DNA of 64,000 nucleotides from Malacoraja senta (Eukaryota), in NCBI GenBank assembly GCA_038087875.1, contig CM075993.1, forward strand, positions 7,380,001 to 7,444,000, written 5' to 3'. Within the stretch, counting starts at the first letter, position 1, and each line of letters starts with the position of its first letter. The notes below the pieces were generated by a model. It had not been told where the DNA came from and did no database searches. It was given only the letters and a program-made list of their open reading frames with translations. Made by a program: the position numbers and the translations under genes. This document shows, one piece after another, positions 1 through 13,264 of the stretch.

Positions 1-47
1 TGAGAATGCAAGGAATTCCACTTTTGAACTACATGCAAGATTTTGTG

Positions 48-230
48 GATAGCCACAAAAAGCTGGAGTAACTCAGCGGGACAGGCAGCATCTATGGAGA
101 GAAGGAATGAGTGACGTTTCGGGTCGAGACTCTTCTTCAGACTAATTAGGGAAAAGGGAAATGAGAGATATAGACGATGATGTAGAGAGATAAAGAACAA
201 TGAATAAAGGATATGCAAAGATTTTGGGGA
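48..230 (-). mobile_element. Penelope-like element terminal repeat / 3' UTR fragment
   Basis: Terminal repeat (caaaaagctggagtaactcagcgggacaggcagc...gacgtttcgggtcgagac) followed by a purine-rich UTR also seen at about 45200-45410. Confidence 0.7.
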
Positions 231-816
231 TTTGGGGAAGGGCCGACCTCCTTTGTCTGGATCGGTCCTTGATTTTGTGGATTTGTCTTTAGATCCAAGA
301 GAGCAAGGCAGAAACGGTCTCCAGAGATTTGGGTCAGCCCTGTCTTAGTTGAGAAGATTGTGGATTCAGCTCCCACTCTAAAGAGGATAATGTTCCATTG
401 CATTGCTCAGGGATGGCTGGAATATGAAGTCCCATCTTCCACACAGCACTTTAAATCACGGTGACCATTGAAGGTGCCATCTACCCAGTATTCTAACCAA
501 CATTTCCATTTACCAGGACCAGTAAAATAAGCTATCTGGTCACAGGCTGTTTCTGGGAATTACTTGTTCAATGCAGGCCATCCGAATTACAGAAGTAACC
601 ACACTGTGAAGAGAGCTTCCTCTCTGTGATTATGTCTTGGAAGTTCCTTCTTTGCTCATTGATCAACCAAGACTTAAAGTCCAGTGAAACAAATTGGTTC
701 AAGTATGAAAAGTTAAGACGGCCAGTTGCAAAGACAGGAGGCTCCATCAGCATGGTCTGCTTCAAAACAGTCTCCCACTCATCCAAACGCTACTGGACCA
801 GCTACATAAATATTGT

Positions 817-942
817 ATGAAGTAGGGTCTCGAGCCGAAAGGTCACCCATTCCTTCTCTCCAGAGATGCTGCCTGTCCCGCTGAGTTACTCCAGCTTTTT
901 GTGTCTATCTTCGGTTTAAACCAGTATTTGCAGTTCCGTCCT
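817..942 (+). mobile_element. Solo PLE terminal repeat with TSD
   Basis: Flanked by tacataaata(t/c)tgt on both sides. Confidence 0.65.
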
Positions 943-1680
943 ATACATAAATACTGTGGCCACAGGAGCAGGAAGGGGTGGTGAGAGACGGAACACTTGA
1001 CATCCCAAGCCTTCGGAGTAGACAGATGGGCCGAATGGCCTAATTCTGTTCCTAGGACTTATGAACTCCACCATTTCCAAGGCACACATCAGGATCATGT
1101 GTGAATCAACCACCTTACCTGAATCAACCACCTTAAATATTTATTCCATCCACCCTCCGCAAGGAAGGGCTGCAGTTTTATCTCCCACACCCATCTCTTC
1201 CAACATAAAGGAAGAAAAGGGTTACAGTTGTGTAGAAAGACTATCACTGATAGATTCCTTCACCGTCAACAATTATAAATCCCAGAACTCCCTTTCCAAC
1301 AGCACGAGGGGGTATTTTACCACGAAGGCTGCAGTCCTAGAAGGTCCCAAGATCTTCCCCACCACAAATTTAGATGGAAATCACCAAGCAAAGGAAAAAC
1401 CACTTCAGTATTTACAACCATACTTCATAGGGTCCCTCAGCCTCAGAGGGCGATAGAGGCCGGTTCTCTGGATACTTTCAAGAGAGAGCTAGATTGGGCT
1501 CTTAAAGATAGCGGAGTCAGGGGATATGGGGAGAAGGCAGGAACGGGGTACTGATTGGGGATGATCAGCCATGATCACATTGAATGGTTAAGAAGGGCCG
1601 AATGGCCTACTCCTGCACCTATTGTCTATTGACCCGAAACGTCAGATATCCACGCTCTCCAGAATTGCTGCCTTTCTCCA

Positions 1681-2364
1681 GAAAGTAAGCATGCAGGTAC
1701 AGCAGGCAGTGAAGAAAGCAAATGGCATGTTGGCCTTCATAGCAAGAGGATTTGAGTATAGGAGCAAGGAGGTCCTACTGCAGTTGTACAGGGCCCAGGT
1801 GAGACCGCACCTAGAGTATTGTATGCAGCTTTGGTCTCCTAGTTTGAGGAAGGACATTGTTGCCAATGAGGGAGTGCAGCGTAAGTTCACGAGGTTAATT
1901 CCTGGGATGGCGAGACTGACATATGATGAAAGAATGGATCAACTGGGCTTTTATTCACTAGAATTTAGAAGGATGAAAGGGAATCTGATAGAAACATATT
2001 AAATTCTTAAGGGATTGGACAGGCTAGATGCAGGAAAAATGTTCCCGATGTTGGGGGAGTCCAGAACCAGGGGTCATAGTTTAAGAATAAGGGGTAGGCC
2101 ATTTTGGACTGAGATGAGGAAAAACTTTTTCACCCAGAGAGTTGTGAATCTGTGGAATTCTCTGCCCCAGAAGGCAATGGAGGCCAATTCCATGCATATA
2201 TTCAAGAGAGAGTTGGATATAGCTCTTAGGGCTAACAGAATCAAGGGATAAGGGGAGAAAGCAGGAATGGGGTACTGATTCTGGATGATCAGCCATGATC
2301 ATATTGAATGGCGGTGCTGGTTCGAAGGGCTGAATGGCCTACTCCTACTGTACCTATTTTCTAT
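1681..2364 (+). mobile_element. CR1-clade (HER1-like) LINE, 5'-truncated 3' end
   Basis: LYRAQVRPHLEYC...WSP and FFTQRVVNLWNSLP peptides (ORFs 1622..2002, 2015..2251) with an in-frame stop, plus the conserved 3' tail. A second short tail lies at about 1438-1630. Confidence 0.9.
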
Positions 2365-2564
2365 GACACACTGAGTTACTCCAGCACTTAGTCTCCTTTT
2401 GTGTATTAACCAGCATCGGCAGTTATTTGATAGAACGAAGGGTCCCAACCCAAAACGTCACCTATCCACATTCTCCAGAGATGCTGACTGACACGCTGAG
2501 TTACTCCAGCATTTTGTGTCCTTTTTTGTAAACCAGCATCTGCAGTTCCTTGTTAGTACATGAA

Positions 2565-3765
2565 AGATGTGGTTGTTGGCGTTCAATCAGCCCAAGCCCC
2601 AGGACATCACTGCAGGACCTCCTCAGGGCAAGGTCCTCCCACCCAACATCTTCAGCAACTTCATCAATGCCATGCCTTCCGTTATAAGATTGAATGTGGG
2701 GATTTTCACTAATGTTCAATTCCATTAGCAATTCAGCAAAGGAAGCAGCCCATGCCTGCATGCAGCAAAACCAAGATAAGGCTGGCGGGGGCTGATTAAC
2801 GGCAAGCAACATAAATGGCATTCAAATGCCAGGCAACAACCATCACCTGATCAACCACTCTTGATGGTCAATGCCATGACCCCCAATATCGTGGGAGTCA
2901 GCATGAACTTCAAACTCAAGTGGAGCACTCACAGTTTGACTTCTAGAGCAAGTCAGAAGTTGGGCATCTGGTGGAGACTCGGTGGGCCGAAGGGCCTGTT
3001 TCCGCTCTGTATCTCTAATGTCTAAAGACTCACCTCTCGACAGTCCGAGGTATTTCCATCATGATAAAGCTAAGTCAGGAGCATGATGGAATATCCTCTT
3101 TCTTCACCAGAACAAGTGCAGCTCCAACTACTAGCAAGATGTTCAGTGCTCTCCTGGATAAAGCAGCTCACTTGAGATGCACACTAACACCGTAAACATT
3201 AATTCTCCCTGCTATGGATGGTGCAGCTGCTTTACAGTGCTTACAGGAGCCGGGTTCGATCCTGGCTACGGGTGCTTGTCTGTACAGAGTTTGTATGTTC
3301 AACTCGCAATCACGTGAGTTTACTCCAAGATCTTGGGTTACCTCCCACACTCCTAAGGCATATAGGTTAGTAGCTTAATTCGCCTGTAAATTGTCCCTAG
3401 TATGTGCGGGCTTGTGTTAATGTGTGGGGATCGCTGGTCGGTGCGGACTCGGTGGGCCGAAGGACCTGCAGTGGGTACCATCTCCGAAATGTACTTCAGT
3501 CACTTTGCAGGGCTACTCCAACAGTAGCTTCCAAGCACTCAGCCTCATCTCCCAAGGGCAAAGGCAGCTGGCACTCAAGAATGCCAGGACCCTCCACGTC
3601 ACACACCATCCTGCATTGGAAGTGCATCACTGGGTCTAAATCCTGGAAGTAGCTACACAACAACACCATGGGAGCATCTTGACCAGAAAGACTGCAGCAC
3701 TTCAAGCTGGCATCTTATCATCACCCTCACCAAGGTCAACGCTGGACGTGCAATAAATGCTGAAA
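2565..3765 (+). mobile_element. Old, degraded CR1-group LINE fragment, interrupted by SINE pieces
   Basis: Degenerate RT QG-x-VL-x-P-x-IF-x-x-FIN region near 2615-2680 and tail ending gcaataaatgctg. SINE at about 3215-3467. Confidence 0.5.
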
Positions 3766-4247
3766 TGGAAACAAAGTGCTGGAAATACACATTTAATTTT
3801 TCTCATTTATTAACTTTTGGAATCTGGAAACTTTAGGAAACTTTGTCAGCGTCTGTCCAAAGAGGGACAGGGTTAACTAAAGGTCAGATTGAAAACCTCC
3901 GACCTGAACGCTAACACTATTTTTCTTTACACAAACGCTGTTCCGTACTTTCAGCATTTTCTGTTCTTGTTTTGGGTAGCCAGCATGTACAGTCTTCGAT
4001 TATCCTTCGAGGCAATAGTTGCTAACATTGTCAGCGATGCCCAGATTCCAAATGTTAATAAATGGGGAAAATTAAATCAAGGTAAATCATTCCATGAAGC
4101 AAAGTTTCATCAACTAGAATCAATGCAAGGGAAATAGCAATTACACTGGAGTGGTTACTCCAGTCAAAACAGCATGTTGCTGAGGCACTCCACAGCATTA
4201 GTTTTTACACCAATTCTGGGATTATCTTGCTTATAGTCTGATCATAT

Positions 4248-4545
4248 TTAGTTTATTTAGTTAAGAGATACAGCGCGGAAACAGGCCCCTCGGCCCATCG
4301 AGTCCGTGCCGACCAGTAATCCCCGCATATTCACACTATCCTACACACACTAGGAACAATTTACACTTATACCAAGCCAATTAACCTACAAACCTGCATG
4401 TCATTGAAGTGTGGGAGGTAACCGAAGATCTCAGAGAAAATCCACACAGGTCACGGGGAGAACGTACAAACTCCGTACAGACAGCACCCTTGGTCGGGAT
4501 CGAACCCGGGTCCCTGGCGCTGTGAGGCAGCAACTCTACCGTGCT
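4248..4545 (-). mobile_element. HE1-like tRNA-derived V-SINE
   Basis: Reverse complement of the 17321 copy: B box, central domain and CR1-type tail. Confidence 0.85.
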
Positions 4546-4784
4546 GAGACCTGGAATGTTTGTTGAACTTCCGTCAGTTGGGGCAGCCAGGAGCGATGCC
4601 AATCTGAATTGCAAACACTCAAACAGAGGCCACGAGGTGAACATTTTACACCATCCAAGATGTTGAAATGAGAAGCGAGCCTACAGTAATGGGGCACCCC
4701 TTCTATCGGCTAAATTACAGAGCCTGCAGTAACTAGCGCTGTTGAAAAGGATCTATCGTAATAAATTAGCACAGCTCTGTATAG

Positions 4785-5258
4785 AAACATAGAAAGTAGG
4801 TGCAGGAGTAGGCCATTTGGCCCTTCGAGCCAGCACAGCCATTCAATATGATCATGGCTGATCATCTAGAATCAGTGCCCTGTTCCTGCTTTTTCCCCAT
4901 ATCCCTTGATTCCATTAGCCCTCAGAGCTATATCTAACTCTCTCTTGAAAACATGGCAGAGAATACGTGGCAGAGAATTCCACAGATTCACAACTCTCTG
5001 GGTGAATAAGTTTTTCCTCATCTCAGTCCTTTTTTTTTTTTTTAATTATTTTTATTAGAAGTACGGTAAATTACAGTAATACAGTCCTGAATGGCCTACC
5101 CCTTGTTCTTAAACTGTGACCCCTGGTTCTGTACTCCCCCAACATGGGGAACATTTTTCCTGCATTTAGTCTGTCCAATCCCTTAAGAATGTTATACATC
5201 GCTACAAGATCCCCTCTCATCCTAAATTCATGTGAATAGAATCCCAGTTGATCCATTT
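4785..5258 (-). mobile_element. CR1-clade LINE 3' fragment
   Basis: ORF 5071..5256 (RGDL...GLDRL...RTRGHSL) plus tail. Confidence 0.85.
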
Positions 5259-5446
5259 ACACATTAATTAAAAAGCAGAGGTAGGCCAGAGGAAATGGTA
5301 GACGTTTAAACTGCAGGGAGCACGAACTCCAAGAGCCATTGGCCTCGTGAACACTGAACCCTGACAGGTCCACTCAAAGTTTGACAAAACAACACTCCCG
5401 CCGAGGAAAACAAGGACGGTACAAAACCTACAAGCTAGATTTGACC

Positions 5447-5872
5447 AATAAACAATAGGTGCAGGAGTAGGCCATTCGGCCCTTCGAGCCAGCACCGCCA
5501 TTCAATGTGATCATGGCTGATCATCCCCAATCAGTACCCCGTTCCTGCCTTCTCCCCAGATCCCCTGACTCCGATATATTTTTAAGAGCCCTATCTAGCT
5601 CTCTCTTGAAAGCATCCAGAGAACCTGCCTCCTGAGGCAGAGAATTCCACAGATTCACCACTCTCTGTGAGAAAAAGTGTTTCGTCGTCTCCGTTCTAAA
5701 TAGCTTATTCCTTATTCTTAAACTGTGGCCCCTGGTTCTGGACTCCTCCAACATCGGGAACTTGTTTCCTGCCTCTAGCGTGTCCAAACCCTTAACAATC
5801 TTATATGTTTCAATGAGATCCCCTCTCCTCCTGCTAAACTCCAGAGTGTACAAGCCCAGCTGCTCCATTCTC
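5447..5872 (-). mobile_element. CR1-clade LINE 3' fragment
   Basis: ORF 5521..5868 (RGDLIETYKI, FFSQRVVNLWNSLP) plus tail. Confidence 0.9.
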
Positions 5873-6351
5873 TCCAGAATTCTGACCAGAATCAGGAACG
5901 ATGAATAAAGGAGTTTCTGTCTGCTTGGGAAAGTAAAATTGTTTTACCTAAAAGACAAAATGGTGGATTAACTCTGTGGATCAGGCAGCATCTCTGGAGG
6001 ACATGGATAAGCAACATTTCAGTCAGTATCCTTGTTCAGACTCAGAGAAGTGTCTGTTTTCAATTAATTTTGGGGAGGGTAATGAAAGAAATTATCGTGT
6101 ACCAAGACACCTTTGATCATTTGGATCAACCATTTCCAGCACCACATCTACATCTGTCTCTGCTACTGTTCACCAGAAACAAGGACGACAGGAAACAAAC
6201 ACTAGTGGCAAATAATTTAAAGTAATTGCATTCAATAGGCCATAACAAGGGTCACTTGCAGAAAATCTGGATCGGTCCGTTTTGTATTTTGCAATAAACA
6301 TGTTCAAAACTCAGCACTAGAATTTACATGGATGGAATCTCCCAAAGATTT

Positions 6352-6645
6352 TGTTTCGTTTAGTTCGAGATACAGCGCGGAATCAGGACTTTCGGCCCAC
6401 CGGGACTATACCAACCAGCGATCCCCACACACTTACACTATCCTACACACACTAGGGACAATTTACAATCATACCAAGCCAATTAACCTGTACGTCTTTG
6501 GAGTGTGTCAAGGAACCGGAGATCCCGAAGAAAACCCACGCAGGTCACGGGGAGAACGTACAAACTCCATACCGTCAGTCAGGATCGAACCCGGGTCTCT
6601 GGTGCTGTAAGGCAGCAACTCTACCGCTGCAACACCGTGCCACCC
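6352..6645 (-). mobile_element. HE1-like V-SINE, near full length
   Basis: Matches the SINE body shared with 4248 and 17321. Confidence 0.85.
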
Positions 6646-6934
6646 CTTGGTTTCTTGTTTTGTTCCAATTATTCATTACAAAATACTCAAACATTCCAAT
6701 TTCAATTAAAATGGGTTAGATTAGATCAGCACTCTTTGTCGTTAATTAAATCGCTACATCAATTATTTAACCTTTAAAGATCACATTTTAGTTTCATATC
6801 CCATCTATTTTTTTCTTTGATTTACTCCACATCCAGTGAAGTGTTTAATATATCAAGTGATTAAGACAATACTCCACAGTCCAAACATCAGAAGAACCAT
6901 CCAAACTAAACTCAGATAAGGCTACGTAACAAAC

Positions 6935-7169
6935 CTTTTCCCAGATGTGTGTTGATGGACATATATCTTGCTGTTCCAGTTAAGCTCTTGTGTTCCCTGT
7001 AAGGGATGTGCTTTTTGGTATCAGAATCAATATACTCCTTGGCTAAACCAAAGTCTATTATATGGATTATGTGATCCTTTTTATTGCCTTGCCTTCCAAT
7101 TAGAAAGTTTTCTGGCTTGACGTCTCTGTAGATTAAGCTCTTTGAGTGCACAAACTCCATTCGGTTCAG
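6935..7169 (-). CDS. CSNK1G1: Casein kinase 1 gamma internal exon (235 nt), catalytic loop to SIN motif
   Basis: Overlaps ORF 6912..7208: [36 protein letters not shown]. Acceptor ctacag, donor gtttgt. [11 protein letters not shown] resembles gamma-1 (GRQGNKKEHVI) more than gamma-2 or gamma-3, from recalled human sequences. Confidence 0.96.
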
Positions 7170-7287
7170 CTGTAGAGAGAAATCAGACATGTTAATGACA
7201 AGGAACAATCATCCATCTCTTTTTTTTTTGCCCGTTCCAGCTCTCCTTTAGCCTCAACAGGAAGTTAGACACAAAATGCTGGAGTAA

Positions 7288-7841
7288 AGGGCCTGTCCCA
7301 CTTACGTGTCCTTGGCACGTGGCTTCGAAATTTTTGTAGCGAACGAAATCTTCGCGCGCCAACGGCCTGTCGCGGAACTGACGGCCAACAGGCCCAAGAC
7401 CCTGGCGCGACGCAACGTCTCACCTACAACAGCAGCAGAAGCAGGCAAACGATCGCCGAGTTCAGCCTGGGGCTCACGGCCGTTGTGGTCCGGATCCGTC
7501 CCCACTTCTACTCCCAGAGTGGGGCCAAGAAAATTGAAGATGGACACAAAATGCTGGAGTAACTCAGCGGGACCGGCAGCATCTCTGGAGAGAAGCAATG
7601 GGTGACGTTTCGGGTCAAGACCCTTCTTTCAGTCTCGACACGAAACGTCACCCATTCCTTCTCTCCAGAGATGCTGCTGGTCTCGCTGAGTTACTCCAGC
7701 ATTTTGTGTCCATCTTCAAATGACGTCACGCGCTTCAAACGGCTGTGCGGACGCATGATGACGTGCGTGACCTTCGCGCCTCAACGCGACCATGAGGTCG
7801 CGTAATTAGCGTGCCAAGGACACGTAAATGGGACAGGGGCT
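7288..7841. mobile_element. PIF/Harbinger-type MITE with TAA TSD, containing a nested PLE fold-back
   Basis: About 32-bp TIR AGGGCCTGTCCCACTTACGTGTCCTTGGCACG; TAA at 7285-7287 and 7842-7844. Removing it restores the host repeat gctggagTAActcagcggg. Confidence 0.88.
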
Positions 7842-8299
7842 TAACTCAGCGGGTCAGGCAGCATCACTGGAGAAAAGGAATAGGTGACATTTCAGGTCGA
7901 GACCCTTCTTCAGACTAAGATTCAGGGGCGAGGGAAACTAAAGGCATGAAAAGGTACAGAATAAGTCACCGATGACACCGATGAGTCAAGAAAGATAGAG
8001 CCCACAGTGGTCCATTGTTGGCTGTAGAAGAGGTGATAATGAGAGGATACACCCGACTCTGTCTGAAGAAGGGTCTCGACCCAAAACGTCAACTATTACT
8101 TTTCTCCAGAGCTGCTGCCTGATCCACTGAGTTACTCCAGCTTTTTGTGACTACCTTCGGTTTAAACCAGCATTTACGGTTCCTTCTTACACACGTCATC
8201 TCTCAGCCTCCAATGTTCCAGAGAAAACAATCTAAGTTTGTCCGAATCTGTTTTACTCGACAACACCCTCTAATCCAGGCAGCATTTCTGCATCCTTTA

Positions 8300-8925
8300 T
8301 AAACAATAGACAATAAGTGCAGGAGTAGGCCATTTGGCCCTTTCAGCCAGCACCGCCATTCAATGTGATCATGGCTGATCATCCACAATCAGTACACCGT
8401 TCCTGCCTTCTCCCCATATCCCTTGACTCCGCTATCTTTCAGAGCTCCATCTAACTCTCTCTGGAAAGCATCCAGAAAACCGGCTTCCACCGCCCTCTGA
8501 GGCAGAGAATTCCACAGACTCACAACTCTCTGTGTGAAAAAGTATTTCCTCATCACCGTTCTAAATGGCTTATCCCTAAATGACTTAAACTGTGGCCCCT
8601 GGTTCTGGAATCCCCCAACATCGGGAACATGTTTCCTGCCTCTAGCGCGTCTAAACCCTTAATAATCTTATACGTTTCAATAAGATCCCCTCTCATCCTT
8701 CTAAATTCCAGAGTGTACAAGCCCAGCCGCTCCATTCTATCAACATATGATACTCCCGCCATCCCGGGAATTAACTGTGTGAACCTACGCTGCACTCCCT
8801 CAATAGCAAGAATGTCCTTCCTCAAATTTGGAGACCAAAACTGCACTCCAGGTGTGGTCTCTCCAGGTGTGGTCTCCAGGTGTGGTCTCTCCAGGTGTGG
8901 AGTAACCAGAACTGCACACTATACT
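8300..8925 (-). mobile_element. CR1-clade LINE 3' fragment
   Basis: ORF 8553..8846 (QFWSPNLRKDI...VQRRFT...RGDLIETYKI) plus tail. Confidence 0.9.
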
Positions 8926-9011
8926 CCACAAGAGGCGTAGGGGACTTCTCCATGAGTTTAGTTTGAGTTTAGATTATTGTTGCGTATATAGAGGTACAGT
9001 GAAGAGCTTTT

Positions 9012-9233
9012 TGTTTAAGAAGGAACTGCAGATGCTGGAAAACCGAAGATACACAAAAATGCTGGAGAAACTCAGCGGGTGCAGCAGCATCTATGGAGCG
9101 AAGGAAATAGGCAACGTTTCAGGCCGAAACCCCTCTTCAGACTGGAGAAGGGTTTCGGCCCGAAACGTTGCCTATCTCCTTCGCTCCATAGATGCTGCTG
9201 CACCCGCTGAGTTTCTCCAGCATTTTTGTGTAC
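9012..9233. mobile_element. PLE fold-back mini-element, subfamily B
   Basis: Inverted arms meeting near 9141; degenerate direct repeat cagtgaa(g)agcttt on both flanks. Confidence 0.8.
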
Positions 9234-9540
9234 CAGTGAAGGCTTTGTTGTGTGCTAACCTTGGTATCCTGGCAACATTTATCCCATAACCAATACAACA
9301 AAGATGGGAGCGGAAATTTTAAAAAGCTATTTGACAGCTAAATGTTGGAGGCCACAGCACAGAAATCACACTCTCTAGCTTAGTAACATTCCCAGAACAA
9401 GGCAGCCGTCACCAGGGAACACACAATCTCAAAGTAGATGATTGAAAACCTGAAGAAATCTCGAAGTTGGATACAAGGAACTGCAGATGCTGGTTTACAA
9501 ATAAAGAGACACAAAGTACTGGAGTAACTCAGCAGGTTTA

Positions 9541-10202
9541 AGGGGCTGTCCCATTGCAGCGACCTAATCGACCTTAGAAGTTTGCCCTCGACTCAAACTC
9601 GCAGCATAGTCGACACGTGGTCCCAGGAGGCCCTATGAGGTCACTGGAACTCTCCTTCATGCCCGGGGGAAGTTCCCGCAAACTCGCGGCCTCAGTTTGG
9701 TCGAGGAAAACTTTTCAGCATGTTGAAAACTTTTCCGCGAGTAAAAATTGGTCGGCATGGTTCTTTTGAACTCGTAGTGCAGTGGAGTGGGGTCGCTATG
9801 TAGTTACAGGCAGTCGAGGGCAGCCAAAGGCAATCTCCTTCGCTGACCGGGCATTTTAATTGGCTCATTGGAGTTTTCAGGACCAAGGAAAACTGACCGG
9901 TAGGTAAAATGCCCGCTAAACATTATTAAACGATGTCCGACTTCTTAAAAGTGTCTCCACTTCTTCTTTCGCGGGTGTGAATTTCAGACAGCGATCCCCC
10001 GCTTTCCCTAGCCCCTGCCTTTGCGATGTGTTTGTTTGTGTGTGTGTGTCTGTGTGTGTGTGCGCGCGGTGCGCGCGGTCGTTCGATCCAGCTCGCGGTT
10101 TCATCGCTGACGGTCAAGCCAGCTCGAGGTTTTTCAGGTGAGTCCCCTCGAGCTTGAAGGTCGAGGCAGTCGCTGAAAGGTGGCGTCAGTGGGACAGGCC
10201 CT
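9541..10202. mobile_element. PIF/Harbinger-type MITE with TTA TSD
   Basis: Ends AGGGGCTGTCCCA ... GTGGGACAGGCCCT; TTA at 9538-9540 and 10203-10205. Confidence 0.85.
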
Positions 10203-10624
10203 TTACCTGAAGTTAATTGTGAAGTTAGTTAGGACTATTGATCTGCAAGAGAAGCATCAGCTACCGGATCATTTACGGAGGTCAGTCCCACATTCTCTTG
10301 ATGAAATGCAATATGAAGATATCATGGGTGTTAATCTTGGCTCAACAGTAATGACTCTTGGCCAAGTTAATTGATAGTGAATTCAAGCCACACTGCAGAG
10401 ATTTGATTACATACTGCGGACTTGCACTTATGTCAACACTGAAGGAGCATCTTGACAGTTTGTACCTTGGACATGAGACCTTTCCATCAACTGCTTAACC
10501 AAGGACCTGTCTTGTCTTTCAGGTTTCCCACAACATTGTTTGAAGAAAGGGAGAGTTCTTCCTGATATTGTGAGCAACATTTATGCTTTGGCCAATACAT
10601 CTAACACCAATACACCTGCTACCA

Positions 10625-11105
10625 GAGGTGCCGCGAGCGGCAGAAGCCTTCTGGAGGTGCCGTGGCTTCCGCTGAGAAGCTGAGGCCAGAGCCACGCGGG
10701 CCGGAGGTGGAACATCGCAGGCCGGAGCTTCTCGGGCCGGAACCTCGCGAGTCGCAGCCCGCGCCTCGCCGGCCGCCGGTGATGGACCTCGTGGGTTAGA
10801 ACCTCGCGGGTCGACGGAGCCCGCGGCTGGGGCCTGGGTCAGCACCATGGAAGAGTCCGAGCAGGACCCGGCAGCGTTAGTGGAGAGGTCGGTACGGTAC
10901 CGACTGACGGACGAGGACGGACCACGTGGAAGTGAGGACGCCGCTGCCGAGAGAAGGAACAAAGGAGGACCTGGCGTGGAGGGACTGCCATGGGGGGGGG
11001 GAGAACAAAGGGAGAACTGGCTCGGGGGGAGCACCTTTTTGGGCGACTGTTTCTACACCGTGGTAAGGTATGCAAACAAAGAATTTCACTGTGACTTGTC
11101 ACATG
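10625..11105 (+). repeat. GC/CpG-rich interspersed repeat with LINE-like 3' tail
   Basis: Very GC-rich body ending aagaatttcactgtgacttgtcacatg, a tail motif resembling the Rex1-type 3' ends in this window. Confidence 0.45.
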
Positions 11106-11132
11106 GAGATCAGGTAGTTCTTAACCTACCTG

Positions 11133-11368
11133 AAACACCTCCGCTCAGTCCGTCTTAACCTACCTGAACTCCCGGTGGCTCAGCACTTCAACTCCCCCTC
11201 CCATTCCCAATCTGCCCTTTCTGTCCTGGGCCTCCTCCATTGTCAGAGTGAGGCCCAGCGCAAATTGGAGGAACAGCAAGTCGACCCGAGACATCGCCTA
11301 TCTATTTCCTTCGCTCCATAGATGCTGCCTCACCCGCGGGAGTTTCTCCAGCATTTTTGTCTACCTTT
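11133..11368 (+). mobile_element. PLE GIY-YIG C-terminal fragment joined to terminal repeat
   Basis: Encodes EHLRSVR...PVAQHFNSPSHS...LGLLHCQSEAQRKLEEQ; homologous to 54620-55132 and 60880-61060. Confidence 0.8.
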
Positions 11369-13264
11369 CATTGTTAGAAATGGTAGCTATCTCTACCTAT
11401 TGTCCAGGAGAAGAATATCACACTAGCTAACTCGATTGTGCCCAAATAGGTCACTTATCACTTGAGGGAGAAGATTCAAATGGAAGATTGTGATCCAAGT
11501 TCGGCAACTGGCGCACGATCCACGGTCACTACAGCGTCCGAAAGACGGTGTCAAGACTTTGACGCATTCTGATGATAGGTCAACAACCTGAGACATTAAT
11601 CCTCTTCCCAAGGATGGTGCGGAGATTTAGAGCAAGCAGGATTTTCAGTCTTTGTTTCAGGTTTAAAACTTCAACAGTATTTTGCTCCAGTATTTCTGAA
11701 GGTAATGGCCAGGTTTCAAACTGAACCACATTAAAACTAATTTCACTTGTGTACCCGACACTGAAATTAAAAGCACATGCCTCCATTCATCTCGACTTGA
11801 AAAGGATGCTAAGGAAGGATTTGCGCAAATACTTAATTGAATGAATAAGAACTGGAACAACTAATCATTGTGCTGTCAAGGACATCATCACAGATTATCC
11901 CACGGTGTTTCAATTTGTCAAATTCTCATTACCATCTAAATGAGAAGAAATTCATCTCCTGCTTGCTATAGAGATTATTGCTTGCAATAAATTCAGAAAC
12001 CAGGTTCAAACAGAAGCTGTGAAGAAAGGAAAACATCAGAGCTAACAGATCAATATTCAAAGGCAGCAGGATGCAAGATAATAAGAATCATAATTGAATT
12101 GTATATCGAGAATCTTAACTGCGCGTTCCAATTTGGCATTTTATACAATAAAAGTCTGCAGGTTCCTATAATATATATAATCTTGCCCATGTTGACAAAC
12201 AACAAACACTCTCCCGGGTACTTAACACTGAAGTCCGCAGGAGAAGTCAGATGGTATCAACACACCAGGGAATTTTTATCTTGATATTGGTCCCAACTAA
12301 TTTACGCATTTTCCTGCAAACCCCATTGATAGGTTGTAAATCTGTGACCAGAGCCTACCTTGCTCTGGGATCTTAATACTACCACTTAAGTTTTCTTCCT
12401 CAAGCAATAAAATTAGTTCAACAAGGTCAGTTCTAGGCTTGACGGGAGGAAGTTCTTCACCCAGAGAATAAATCAAATGGGTTATTGAATCACGTATTGA
12501 ATGTTGGCCAGTTGAGCAGTGGGCCTTTTTCTGGATGTATTAAGAGATCACTTAAGGCAGCAAAGTTTTGATCACCTAACATGGTTTGAAAAAGATTGCC
12601 TCCATTTTTTATTTTCATTTTGAGATCAAAGTGATGAGGCTTTGACTAGAAGGGCTTCGGTGAAGAGGCTGAGCTGCAAAGATGGTAGGGCAAGGCAAGA
12701 TCTTTTCTGGGAGCGTAAGTTCACAGTTCACAGTAAATAGCTAAGTTAGTGAAGAAGGCATTTTGGCACGCTTGCCTTCAGAGCCTAGGCATTGAGTGTA
12801 AGAGTCGGGATATCATGTTGCAGATGTACAAATCAATGGTTAGGCCGCATCTGAAGTATAGTAATAATTCTGATCACTGCATACTGTAGGAAATGTTTGG
12901 CAGCATTAGAAAGAGCACAGTAGAGATTCACCTGGATGATGTCTGGAATGGAGGTCTTTATTTTCAAAGGTGGATTGGATAAGCTGGGTTTGTTCCCACT
13001 GGAACACAGGAGGGTGAATGAGTTAGGCCAAAGGGCCTGTTTCTTTCCTGTACAACTCTAGGTGGCAGTTGCACAGAACAAGCAGCCAGAGGTGGTGGTA
13101 TGGGCAGATATAATTACAACCTTCAAAAGGCATTTTGACAGATACTTGATTGGGAAAGGAAGAAATGGAAATGGGACAAATGTAGGGAAACGGGATTACC
13201 ATAGATAGTGGACAAGTTGGGCCAAAAGGGCCATTCTGCGTTGTTCAGTTCTATAACCCCAATA

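Noticed and set aside
1..6934. Next CK1-gamma exon (EQSRRDDLEALGHMF...)
   Set aside because: Searched by eye on the minus strand and not found; presumably beyond the window start.
10519..11158. Long overlapping ORFs in GC-rich blocks (also 24679-25213 and 40764-41487)
   Set aside because: Stop-poor GC-rich repeats open on both strands, with low-complexity products and no recognisable domains.
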